A stretch of 38,802 nucleotides of DNA from a virus (lineage: Duplodnaviria > Heunggongvirae > Uroviricota > Caudoviricetes > Ackermannviridae), in the IMG/VR virus record IMGVR_UViG_2974693523_000001, positions 1-38,802 of that record; one strand, written 5' to 3'. Positions 8,927-16,688 of this stretch are shown piece by piece (within the stretch, counting starts at the first letter, position 1; each line of letters begins with the position of its first letter). The notes under the pieces were generated by a model that worked only from the letters and a program-made list of their open reading frames with translations, did not search any database and was not told the DNA's origin. The position numbers and the translations under genes were made by a program.

Positions 8927-9958
8927 ATGAGTAATTTAGTTGAAATCAAACCTTTTGATGAAAAAGAATTTGTATACGAACAAAAATGGCGCTGTAACAC
9001 TATTCAAGAAATGGCGTTACCGCAAAGAATTAAAGATCTTATCATGGGATATTTATCAAAAGGTCGTATCCCTTGTATGCTTTTCCATTCAACATCCCCC
9101 GGGACTGGTAAAACAACAACGGCATTCGCTGTGGCAAATGCTATTGGGTGTACAAGACCTCTATATGTAAACGCATCACTTGATACTGATGTTGCCAACA
9201 TACGTGAGAAAGTTTTTAAATACGCATCATCACAAGGTCTTGGCGGTGGTTTAAAAGTGGTTATTCTTGATGAGGCTGAGCGTTTAAGTGTAAACGCACA
9301 GGAATCATTAAAAGGTCTTATTGAGCGTGTTAGTCGCAATTGTGTTTTTGTTCTCACTACAAACAACAAAAATAAATTGGTTGCACCACTTCGCTCACGT
9401 TGTCGTGTAATTGATTATGAGTTCTCTGATGATGAAAAATTAGAGATGATCAAAGCACTTACATTAAGAACAATGGCTATTATCAAATATGAAGGATTTA
9501 CTTGTGAGCCTAAAGTTCTACTCCAGTTAGTAAAACGCTGCTTCCCTGACAACCGTAGATTGCTTGGTACCATTCAGGATTATACCAACATTTATGGTAA
9601 AATTGATGACGGTATTCTTGTACATAATCAATCTGGTGATTTTACTGAACTACTCCGCATTATGGAAGAAAGAAGTTTTATGCGGTTAAATCAATGGGTT
9701 AATGATTATTCAGAAATGTTGGGACCAACATTTTGTGCAGATTTAACTCGTTTCCTTATTACACCACGTGAATTAAATGGTGTTAAGAAAACTATTGTTA
9801 TGCCTGAATCAATTATTGCTGTTATTGATTTCCTTGGTGAGGAACAAAAGTTCCATGAAGTTGCTGATAAATGGTTGTGGACGTTACGTGTACTAACACA
9901 ATTAATGATGACTCCAGCCATCAAATATGATATGGAGGTTGTTAAACATGTCCGATAA
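8927..9958 (+). CDS. gp44: Clamp loader large subunit gp44 (AAA+)
   Basis: EQKWR, Walker A SPGTGKTT, Walker B VVILDE and sensor LRSRC. Start placed at ATG 8927 after GAGG. Confidence 0.95.
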   Translation: MSNLVEIKPFDEKEFVYEQKWRCNTIQEMALPQRIKDLIMGYLSKGRIPCMLFHSTSPGTGKTTTAFAVANAIGCTRPLYVNASLDTDVANIREKVFKYASSQGLGGGLKVVILDEAERLSVNAQESLKGLIERVSRNCVFVLTTNNKNKLVAPLRSRCRVIDYEFSDDEKLEMIKALTLRTMAIIKYEGFTCEPKVLLQLVKRCFPDNRRLLGTIQDYTNIYGKIDDGILVHNQSGDFTELLRIMEERSFMRLNQWVNDYSEMLGPTFCADLTRFLITPRELNGVKKTIVMPESIIAVIDFLGEEQKFHEVADKWLWTLRVLTQLMMTPAIKYDMEVVKHVR

Positions 9959-10352
9959 CCTGATAAAGCCAGACCTATTTGAGTGGGTTAATGCTATCGG
10001 GTATACAAAAACGGATCTATTTAATGACCCTAACGTTGACCAGTCTTCATACGATCCATTTATGGTCACTCGCGCATTGGGTATGAATATTCGTAGTATT
10101 GAATATGCAGATCTAGCGCAGCATCTTAATTTACCAAAGGATATTCATTTTCAGTTTTTGAGGAATATTCTTCCTAAAGGTGAATATAAAGGTAAATGGC
10201 CTAAAAAAATGGAAGTTCATGATGATATTCCTATCATTCAAGAATATTATAAATGTGGTCTTGAAAGAGCGGAGTATTACAGAACATTACTTAACAAGCA
10301 GCAGATCAAAGAAATAAGAAAACGTTTAGATAAAGGCGGTAGAATTAAATGA
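9948..10352 (+). CDS. gp62: Clamp loader small subunit gp62
   Basis: YDPFMVTRALG...HFQFLRNILPKG..KGKWPKK...IQEYYKC. Start placed at ATG 9948 after GGAGG. Confidence 0.9.
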   Translation: MSDNLIKPDLFEWVNAIGYTKTDLFNDPNVDQSSYDPFMVTRALGMNIRSIEYADLAQHLNLPKDIHFQFLRNILPKGEYKGKWPKKMEVHDDIPIIQEYYKCGLERAEYYRTLLNKQQIKEIRKRLDKGGRIK

Positions 10353-11008
10353 TGAAATTAACTGATGTCCTAGACGAGACAAACGTGGCACATACATTGC
10401 ATAGAGATGAATTTATTGAAAGTTATCTTATTGAAGTAAAACTCAAATGTCCTCTTCATCAAATAAAATCAATGTTGAATCGCATTGGTATTGTTAATGA
10501 AAAGGAAAAGAAAGTAGTACAAATTGCACATATTTTAGTATCTCGAGGTAAATTTTACCTAGGACACTTTAAAATGTTCCTTCAAATGCAAGGTAATGAA
10601 TGTGAGATCCTAGAGCGTGATATGGGATATCTTGTTTCTGTGATCAATAATCTAGTTGAGTGGGGTAAAATTGAGTTAGTAGAACCCCATGCAATTGACG
10701 TCAAGTCTCGTTTTGACTGCTACAAAGTTGTCAAAATAAATGAAGTTAGTGATTGGAACTTTGTTAAAAAATTCACTTTTAGAAAAAGAGAGAACAAAAA
10801 TGAAAATAGTACCAAAAAAAGGTTATCTACTGATCAAACCAGCAACAGTGGAAAACAAAACATCGGGCGGGATTCTTCTAACACCAAAAGAAGAGACAAC
10901 AACCCCATCAATCGGAACGATCGTGGAAACGGGACCAAACAGCGAATTCAAGGTGGGAGAGAAGGTAATCTGCGTTCTTGGGGCAACCGCGTTAGAGAGA
11001 ACGGTTGA
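10349..11008 (+). CDS. regA: Translational repressor RegA with an apparent ~75 aa C-terminal read-through extension
   Basis: LIEVKL...LNRIGI.N.KEKKVVQIAHIL..RGKFYLGHFK...LVEWGKIELV matches T4 RegA. The ORF runs 209 nt into groES in another frame. Confidence 0.85.
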   Translation: MMKLTDVLDETNVAHTLHRDEFIESYLIEVKLKCPLHQIKSMLNRIGIVNEKEKKVVQIAHILVSRGKFYLGHFKMFLQMQGNECEILERDMGYLVSVINNLVEWGKIELVEPHAIDVKSRFDCYKVVKINEVSDWNFVKKFTFRKRENKNENSTKKRLSTDQTSNSGKQNIGRDSSNTKRRDNNPINRNDRGNGTKQRIQGGREGNLRSWGNRVRENG

Positions 11009-11072
11009 TATTGAAGGTACCAAACATCTTCTTCTAAGCGAAGAATCAATTCTTGGCTATGTTTTTGAATAA
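10800..11072 (+). CDS. groES: Co-chaperonin GroES (Cpn10), bacterial type
   Basis: MKIVPKKGYLLIKP..VENKTSGGILL...G.IVETG...KVGEKV...IEGTKHLLLSEESILG. Start at ATG 10800, 90 aa. Confidence 0.9.
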   Translation: MKIVPKKGYLLIKPATVENKTSGGILLTPKEETTTPSIGTIVETGPNSEFKVGEKVICVLGATALERTVDIEGTKHLLLSEESILGYVFE

Positions 11073-11081
11073 ATAAGTGTT

Positions 11082-11110
11082 AAAAAGGGGGCTAGTTGTT
11101 AGCCCCTTTT
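11082..11110 (+). terminator. Rho-independent terminator
   Basis: AAAAAGGGGGCTA-gttgt-TAGCCCCTTTT downstream of groES. Confidence 0.7.
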
Positions 11111-11127
11111 GTTTTAAGGAAATTATC

Positions 11128-11964
11128 ATGACTATGTCTACTGAATACTTTAAAAAAATTGAACAGAATAACGCAAATGAATTCATCTCGATTGCCAACA
11201 AAGTTGGTATGTTGAATAACATGTTTGGTAATCAGCGTGTTTATTTATCAGATATGGATTACAGTGATCCAGACCAAATTAACATTGATATGATGAAACC
11301 TGTTTGGAAACAAAGAAAATTAATTGTTGAAGAAACTGAAGAAATTGTAAAAGCTTTTGAAAAACTTGATCACAAAAACATCTTAGACGGTATTGGTGAC
11401 TTCATAACAGTTTACTATGGTGAGCATTATATAAATGCAGAAACCGACGCCACCGTTTACACAGTCCCCACAGCATTACTGAATCAAGATGGTCCAGTTG
11501 ATGATTGGTGTGCAATGCTTAAAATTGCTAATAATAGACTAAAAAGATTTATTGAAGTTAACGAAAAATATGTTCCTGATAGTGGGGTACTTTTTGATTG
11601 TGAAGCTTCATTAAACAGATTATTCCGTATTTTCTTAGGTTTTACAGAAGAATATTTGAAAAAATATTACATCCATGCAATCAGTATTGAAGAAATTTAT
11701 GATTGTGTGCATAAGTCAAACATGACTAAATTTTTTAAACCTGAACAACAACAACAGACAGTTCAATTTTATGAAGATAAAGGTTACCCTATTGAAAAAC
11801 TTGGTGTGACTAATGTTGCTAATGGTTTGTTAAAAATCTATGTAACAAAAAGCTTTGATATGGGTGATAAACACTTTCCAGAAGGTAAATTCTTAAAAGG
11901 TATTGGTTTCACTGAACCTGATTTTGAAGGTGTGCTGGCATTACTCAAAAGCATCAATAACTAA
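11128..11964 (+). CDS. MazG/PRA-PH-like all-alpha nucleoside triphosphate pyrophosphohydrolase
   Basis: LIVEETEEI...ILDGIGDFITVYYG, VHKSNMTK and GKFLKG..F.EPD are PRA-PH/MazG-like motifs. Start at ATG 11128 after AAGGA. Confidence 0.75.
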   Translation: MTMSTEYFKKIEQNNANEFISIANKVGMLNNMFGNQRVYLSDMDYSDPDQINIDMMKPVWKQRKLIVEETEEIVKAFEKLDHKNILDGIGDFITVYYGEHYINAETDATVYTVPTALLNQDGPVDDWCAMLKIANNRLKRFIEVNEKYVPDSGVLFDCEASLNRLFRIFLGFTEEYLKKYYIHAISIEEIYDCVHKSNMTKFFKPEQQQQTVQFYEDKGYPIEKLGVTNVANGLLKIYVTKSFDMGDKHFPEGKFLKGIGFTEPDFEGVLALLKSINN

Positions 11965-11967
11965 ATA
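11961..11967 (+). promoter_or_regulatory. Late-promoter-like CTAAATA upstream of the ParB-like gene
   Basis: Overlaps the stop codon of the MazG-like gene. Confidence 0.45.
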
Positions 11968-12027
11968 CATACAACTATGACCATGGCGCGGTTATTACTG
12001 CGCCTTTTTATTTTAGAGGGTTTTAAA

Positions 12028-12489
12028 ATGGGTGTTTTTTCTAGTATATCTGATTTCAATACTATCATAAATGGGCTCTATATTCCCGGTGGTAACTTGG
12101 CAATTAGTAGATCTCAAATGCCACAAATTGACGATCAGGAGCATTTTAAAAACGTTTTAAAATTAAAAGGTGTATCTTTTGAAATTGTTGATGTTAATTC
12201 AACCGAACTTAGATTAACACAAAATGAAGTAGATAAATGGAAAGTTTTTAAAATGATGAGGGAAATAAGAAGAAAGGGTGTAGGGGCTTTTGACCCAGTT
12301 GTAAGTGGTAATGACAAATATGTGCTTGATGGTTCACATCGCTTTCTTGCGCGTCTTAATTTGTCAAGAAGATCTAAAGTTAAGACCCTAAAAGTTGATA
12401 TGAAAACACAAGATTTAATAGAACTAATCAACAACAATTGGGGTGATTTTAAATTAAAGCGCCGTAATTTATTAGGAAAACACTTGTGA
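12028..12489 (+). CDS. ParB/Sulfiredoxin-like domain protein
   Basis: RSQMPQID...L.LTQ.E....KV...PVVSGNDKYVLDGSHRFLA carries the ParB-N DGxHR signature. Start probably ATG 12028 after GAGG (alternative 11977). Confidence 0.7.
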   Translation: MGVFSSISDFNTIINGLYIPGGNLAISRSQMPQIDDQEHFKNVLKLKGVSFEIVDVNSTELRLTQNEVDKWKVFKMMREIRRKGVGAFDPVVSGNDKYVLDGSHRFLARLNLSRRSKVKTLKVDMKTQDLIELINNNWGDFKLKRRNLLGKHL

Positions 12490-12526
12490 TACAATAATCA
12501 AAATTACTTATTTTATTGAGGTTCAA

Positions 12527-14308
12527 ATGATTTTAAACAACCCTATTCTTAAAGCTAGGTTTACAGAAGAACAAATATATGAACTGGTTGATAAACATTT
12601 CCCATACGATGATTATCAGGGAGAGCAACGTAGAGCAATATTCGAGGCCGTGCGCGCACTTACCCATGATAAAAAGCGTCACGTTCTTATAGATGCACCT
12701 ACGGGGGTTGGTAAGTCCGCTATAGCCGTGACCATTCATAAAGTTTTAGAGGATATGGTATATCTAACAAATACCTCACCAAATCCAATGTTTAGTTGGC
12801 GGACCACAATCTGTACTGTTACTAAATCACTTCAAGATCAATACTGCAAAGACTACTCCGACATTTCTGATTTAAGAGGTAAGTTAAATTACCCATGTCA
12901 CCACGATGCGGGATATTTTGGTAGTGCAAAATGTTCAATTATTGTTTCTTCTGGTTCATGTAAACATAAGGTTGAGTGCCCTTACGTAAAGGCTAGGGAT
13001 CATTGGTTATATTTTGCACCCCTTAGGGTTACCAACTCATCACTAGCAATAGATATGCCTATTAGTCTTTGTGGTGAAGAAACTTCAAGAACACCACTAT
13101 TAATTATTGATGAGTGTCATAAAACAAGACAAACAGTTTTAGACCATACAATAATGGAATTTTCATTATCTGAATTATTGAAATTCCAAAAATTCAAACT
13201 TCCTGGGTCTGATGAGTTAGTTGACAAAACAACAGAACTCCTTAATAACATCTTTAATTGGATGAATAATGGTGGTGCAATTGGTAAAATGTGGCACCCA
13301 GACCATGAATTTATGACCATAGCGGGTTGTTTGCGTGACCTATCTCATGATATTAGTGTTGAGTTGGGTGATATTCTTAAAAAACTTTTAAAAGAAGTTG
13401 ACGTAAACCATGCAATGGTTGAAAAACTTCATAATTGTGTAAACTTCCTCACACAATTAAAAACGTATTGTGATGTTTGTATCCGCACGGATGCAAGTGA
13501 TTTCATTATGCATGATTTTCAAAAAACTTTCAAACCTGATGGTTCAATAGATCAATATTTTATCAGATTAAAACCCATTATAGTGAAAGACGTTATAGAT
13601 ATAGCGTTGTTTAACAAACACAATTATTTTATTCATATGTCAGCAACTGTATGTGGTGCAACTGCATATCTTAGGGAATTAGGTATTAGTGATGAAGAAT
13701 CACACACAATTACTCTTGATAACCCAATCCCTAAAGAAAATAGAAAAATTTTCTATATGCCAGTTGGTAAAATGAATGCCAAAGAACAAAATGAAACTCT
13801 ACCAAAAATTGTTGATGGTATTATTGAATTATCAGAACAATACAAAAATCAATGTGGTTTGATTCATGTATCATCATACAAACTATGTGACGATATACTA
13901 GCGAAAATGCCTAACCATATGCGCGCTAAGATGATCATAGGACGTGACAAGCGTGAAACAATAATGGAATTAAGAAGAGCAAATAACGATGGGCGCCAAC
14001 TTATTGTTATTTCCCCATCAATGAAAGAAGGCGTTGATTTAAAAGGTGATCTATGTCGTTTTATGATCATCGCTAAAGTTCCTTTTGGTAACCTTGGTGA
14101 CCCCGTTATTAAATACATTTGTGACCGCATTCCCGTTACTTACACGCGCGAAACAGTTCTTGACGTAGTACAGTCAACCGGACGTGGAGTCCGCGGTATA
14201 ACCGATTACGCAGACACTTATATTTTGGATGGATCGTTTGATACAATAATCAAAAATGGTTGGAATCTAATACCAGATTGGTGGAAAGAAACGTTTGTTC
14301 AATATTAG
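12527..14308 (+). CDS. DinG/XPD-family (SF2) helicase with an Fe-S cluster motif
   Basis: Walker A APTGVGKS, DEAH-like IIDECH, four Cys (CHHD...C...C...CPY), SAT, EGVDLKGD...IIAKVPF and QSTGRGVR...D. Confidence 0.88.
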   Translation: MILNNPILKARFTEEQIYELVDKHFPYDDYQGEQRRAIFEAVRALTHDKKRHVLIDAPTGVGKSAIAVTIHKVLEDMVYLTNTSPNPMFSWRTTICTVTKSLQDQYCKDYSDISDLRGKLNYPCHHDAGYFGSAKCSIIVSSGSCKHKVECPYVKARDHWLYFAPLRVTNSSLAIDMPISLCGEETSRTPLLIIDECHKTRQTVLDHTIMEFSLSELLKFQKFKLPGSDELVDKTTELLNNIFNWMNNGGAIGKMWHPDHEFMTIAGCLRDLSHDISVELGDILKKLLKEVDVNHAMVEKLHNCVNFLTQLKTYCDVCIRTDASDFIMHDFQKTFKPDGSIDQYFIRLKPIIVKDVIDIALFNKHNYFIHMSATVCGATAYLRELGISDEESHTITLDNPIPKENRKIFYMPVGKMNAKEQNETLPKIVDGIIELSEQYKNQCGLIHVSSYKLCDDILAKMPNHMRAKMIIGRDKRETIMELRRANNDGRQLIVISPSMKEGVDLKGDLCRFMIIAKVPFGNLGDPVIKYICDRIPVTYTRETVLDVVQSTGRGVRGITDYADTYILDGSFDTIIKNGWNLIPDWWKETFVQY

Positions 14309-14320
14309 TAATTTAGTTAG

Positions 14321-14347
14321 AATGGGCTATTAATAGCCCATTTTTTT
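14321..14347 (+). terminator. Rho-independent terminator
   Basis: Palindrome AATGGGCTATTAATAGCCCATT followed by a T-run. Confidence 0.7.
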
Positions 14348-14361
14348 ATAGGTTTTAGATA

Positions 14362-14901
14362 ATGAAAGAGTTTACAATCTATTGTGATGGTTCCAGCGCA
14401 CCAAAAACTTCAAAAAATGCAGGGTGGGGAATTGCAATCCCAATAAGACCTAATGATTATGTGGTCTATGCAGGTCATTTGAAGTCACCATCAACTAATA
14501 ATATTGGTGAGGCTTGGGCATTAACAAATGCAATAAAAATTTTTGCAAAACAGCCCATCAAACTAACCATTTTCAGTGATTCTGAATATGCTCTCAAATT
14601 TGTAAGAAACAGAGCAAATTGGGAACGTGATGGTTTACCACCTGCAAACAATGACATCATTTTACAATGTTGGAAAAACTGGGATGAGTTTAAATCTAAT
14701 GGTGGTTTTTTGGATCCTAGATGGTGTAAAGGTCATGACAAAATTGTAGGTAATGAAGTGGCTGACTTTGCGGCAAAAGCTGGACGGGATTCAGATATAC
14801 ACTTTGGTTCTAAAGGGCTTATTGAAATGAAATATGGTGTAAATATAGTGAAAGCCGTTTATTTCAATTCTCAAGATCAATTTAACTCTTTCATAAAATA
14901 G
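14362..14901 (+). CDS. Ribonuclease HI (bacterial type)
   Basis: IYCDGS, STNNIGE, IFSDSEY and WCKGH...GNEVADFAA carry the D-E-D-D RNase HI active-site motifs. Confidence 0.92.
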   Translation: MKEFTIYCDGSSAPKTSKNAGWGIAIPIRPNDYVVYAGHLKSPSTNNIGEAWALTNAIKIFAKQPIKLTIFSDSEYALKFVRNRANWERDGLPPANNDIILQCWKNWDEFKSNGGFLDPRWCKGHDKIVGNEVADFAAKAGRDSDIHFGSKGLIEMKYGVNIVKAVYFNSQDQFNSFIK

Positions 14902-14911
14902 GGGTCTTAAA

Positions 14912-15544
14912 ATGGCTGAGCGTGATGTTTCTAGGGACTACTATACGGCTGAAGATGATATAAAAATCAACGCCATTATGGTTGAGTGGGTTCCAAAAAG
15001 AAAAGCAGCAATAGAAAAAGGTAATTTACAACTAGCACCAATACCCGAATTTGTTGCTATTAAAGTTCTTGAAATAGCTAATCATTTATCAAGAGCATCC
15101 AAATGGTATAATGCACCTTTTAAAGATGAAATGATTAGTCGTGGTGTATGTGAAACACTTACATATATTCATGGATTTGATCCAACGATGATTGGTGAGA
15201 AGTCAGGTAAAATAAATTTCTTTGCTTATGTAACATCAGCATTGAAAAACTATTTTGGACACCACATTGAGGATGAGGCTTATATCCGATATCTTAAGGC
15301 TTCTAATTATCTTCAATTCAATGCAAGGGATTTAGAAGGTAATGAGACACATATTAGTGAATTTATTGATAACCCTGATGAACAAGATAACACTGATATA
15401 GGTCGTGATATGAGTGAAAGAGTTGCGTTATATGATCAACGGATAAAAGCTAAAAAGGAGCGCGCTGCATTACGCAAGGAAAAACGTACTGCTAAAATAA
15501 ACAAACCACAAAAACATAATTTTTTAAATAACAAAGGGAAATAG
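14912..15544 (+). CDS. gp55: Late-transcription sigma factor gp55
   Basis: IPEFVA...IANHLS...KDEMIS.G...YIHGFDP...NFFAYVT. It precedes gp47 and gp46 as in T4-like phages. Confidence 0.9.
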   Translation: MAERDVSRDYYTAEDDIKINAIMVEWVPKRKAAIEKGNLQLAPIPEFVAIKVLEIANHLSRASKWYNAPFKDEMISRGVCETLTYIHGFDPTMIGEKSGKINFFAYVTSALKNYFGHHIEDEAYIRYLKASNYLQFNARDLEGNETHISEFIDNPDEQDNTDIGRDMSERVALYDQRIKAKKERAALRKEKRTAKINKPQKHNFLNNKGK

Positions 15545-15546
15545 AC

Positions 15547-16674
15547 ATGAGTTTCATACCCGTAGCTGTTTTATTAGGTGACACCCATTTAGGTTGCCGC
15601 AACGGTTCTCATCATATGAGAAGTTTCATTAAAAATTATATAAAAAATCGTGTTGTTGCTTATTGTAAAGAACACAATATCAAACAAATTATTCAAACCG
15701 GTGATATGTTTGATCGCCGCTCAACTCTTTATGCTCGAGATTATTACTATACCCGTAATGATCTAACATCCGATCTCATGTTTAACAACCTTACTTGGAC
15801 AACAATCCCAGGAAACCATGACATTGCACTTGCTGATTCAGTTGAGTTAAGTTGGACTCAAATGGCTGAAGATGTTAGTAATGGATTTATTAAAAACATT
15901 AATAAAGCTGGTGATTATTACGTTGGTGATGTTTTAGTTTGTTTTATTCCTTGGGTGTGTGAAGATAACATTGAAGAAGTAAAACAAGCTGTTGAAAAAA
16001 GCAATGCTAAGATTTGTGTTGGTCATTTTGAGTTTGCTGGTTTTCCAATGTATCAAAATTCCATTGCTGAAAAAGGTACTATTGGTGTTGAAATTTTTAG
16101 AAAATTCCAGCAAGTAATTTCAGGTCACTACCATACAAGATCTGAAAACGGTAATATCCGATATATTGGCGCACCGTATCACCTTAACTGGCAAGACTAT
16201 GCTGATGGGTTAAACCGTGGTTTTGAAGTTATGTATATTAATGAAGAAACCGATGAAATCAAATTTGAATTTGTACAGAATACTGAAAGTGATTCGGTAT
16301 TTCGTGTATTTTATTACGATCAAGCAAATGATCCTGACTACGATAAGTATGTAACCCCAGAATATTTAAATGATGTTTTGGGTTTTAAAGGTCAAATAGT
16401 TAGAGTTCAAGTCTTGAACAAGGAAGCATCAAAGAATAAATTTGATAAATTCCTTCAAGCAATCAAAGCGGCTTCAACTATTGATTACATGGTAATTGAT
16501 AATAGTGAAATTCTTGTTACTAGCGAAGTAGTAATTGACGAAGCAGTTTTACAGATGGATGTTCTTAATGTGTTAAACCAAAAAGTTGATAAATCAGTTG
16601 GTGTTGACACTGCATCAGTGAAATTAAAACTGTTACAAATTAACGAACGAGCACAGAAACGAGAACTTATTTAA
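15547..16674 (+). CDS. gp47: Recombination endonuclease gp47 (Mre11/SbcD-like)
   Basis: LGDTHLG, GDMFD, GNHD, GHFE and SGHYH metallophosphoesterase motifs. Confidence 0.95.
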   Translation: MSFIPVAVLLGDTHLGCRNGSHHMRSFIKNYIKNRVVAYCKEHNIKQIIQTGDMFDRRSTLYARDYYYTRNDLTSDLMFNNLTWTTIPGNHDIALADSVELSWTQMAEDVSNGFIKNINKAGDYYVGDVLVCFIPWVCEDNIEEVKQAVEKSNAKICVGHFEFAGFPMYQNSIAEKGTIGVEIFRKFQQVISGHYHTRSENGNIRYIGAPYHLNWQDYADGLNRGFEVMYINEETDEIKFEFVQNTESDSVFRVFYYDQANDPDYDKYVTPEYLNDVLGFKGQIVRVQVLNKEASKNKFDKFLQAIKAASTIDYMVIDNSEILVTSEVVIDEAVLQMDVLNVLNQKVDKSVGVDTASVKLKLLQINERAQKRELI

Positions 16675-16688
16675 TTGAGGTAACAACA

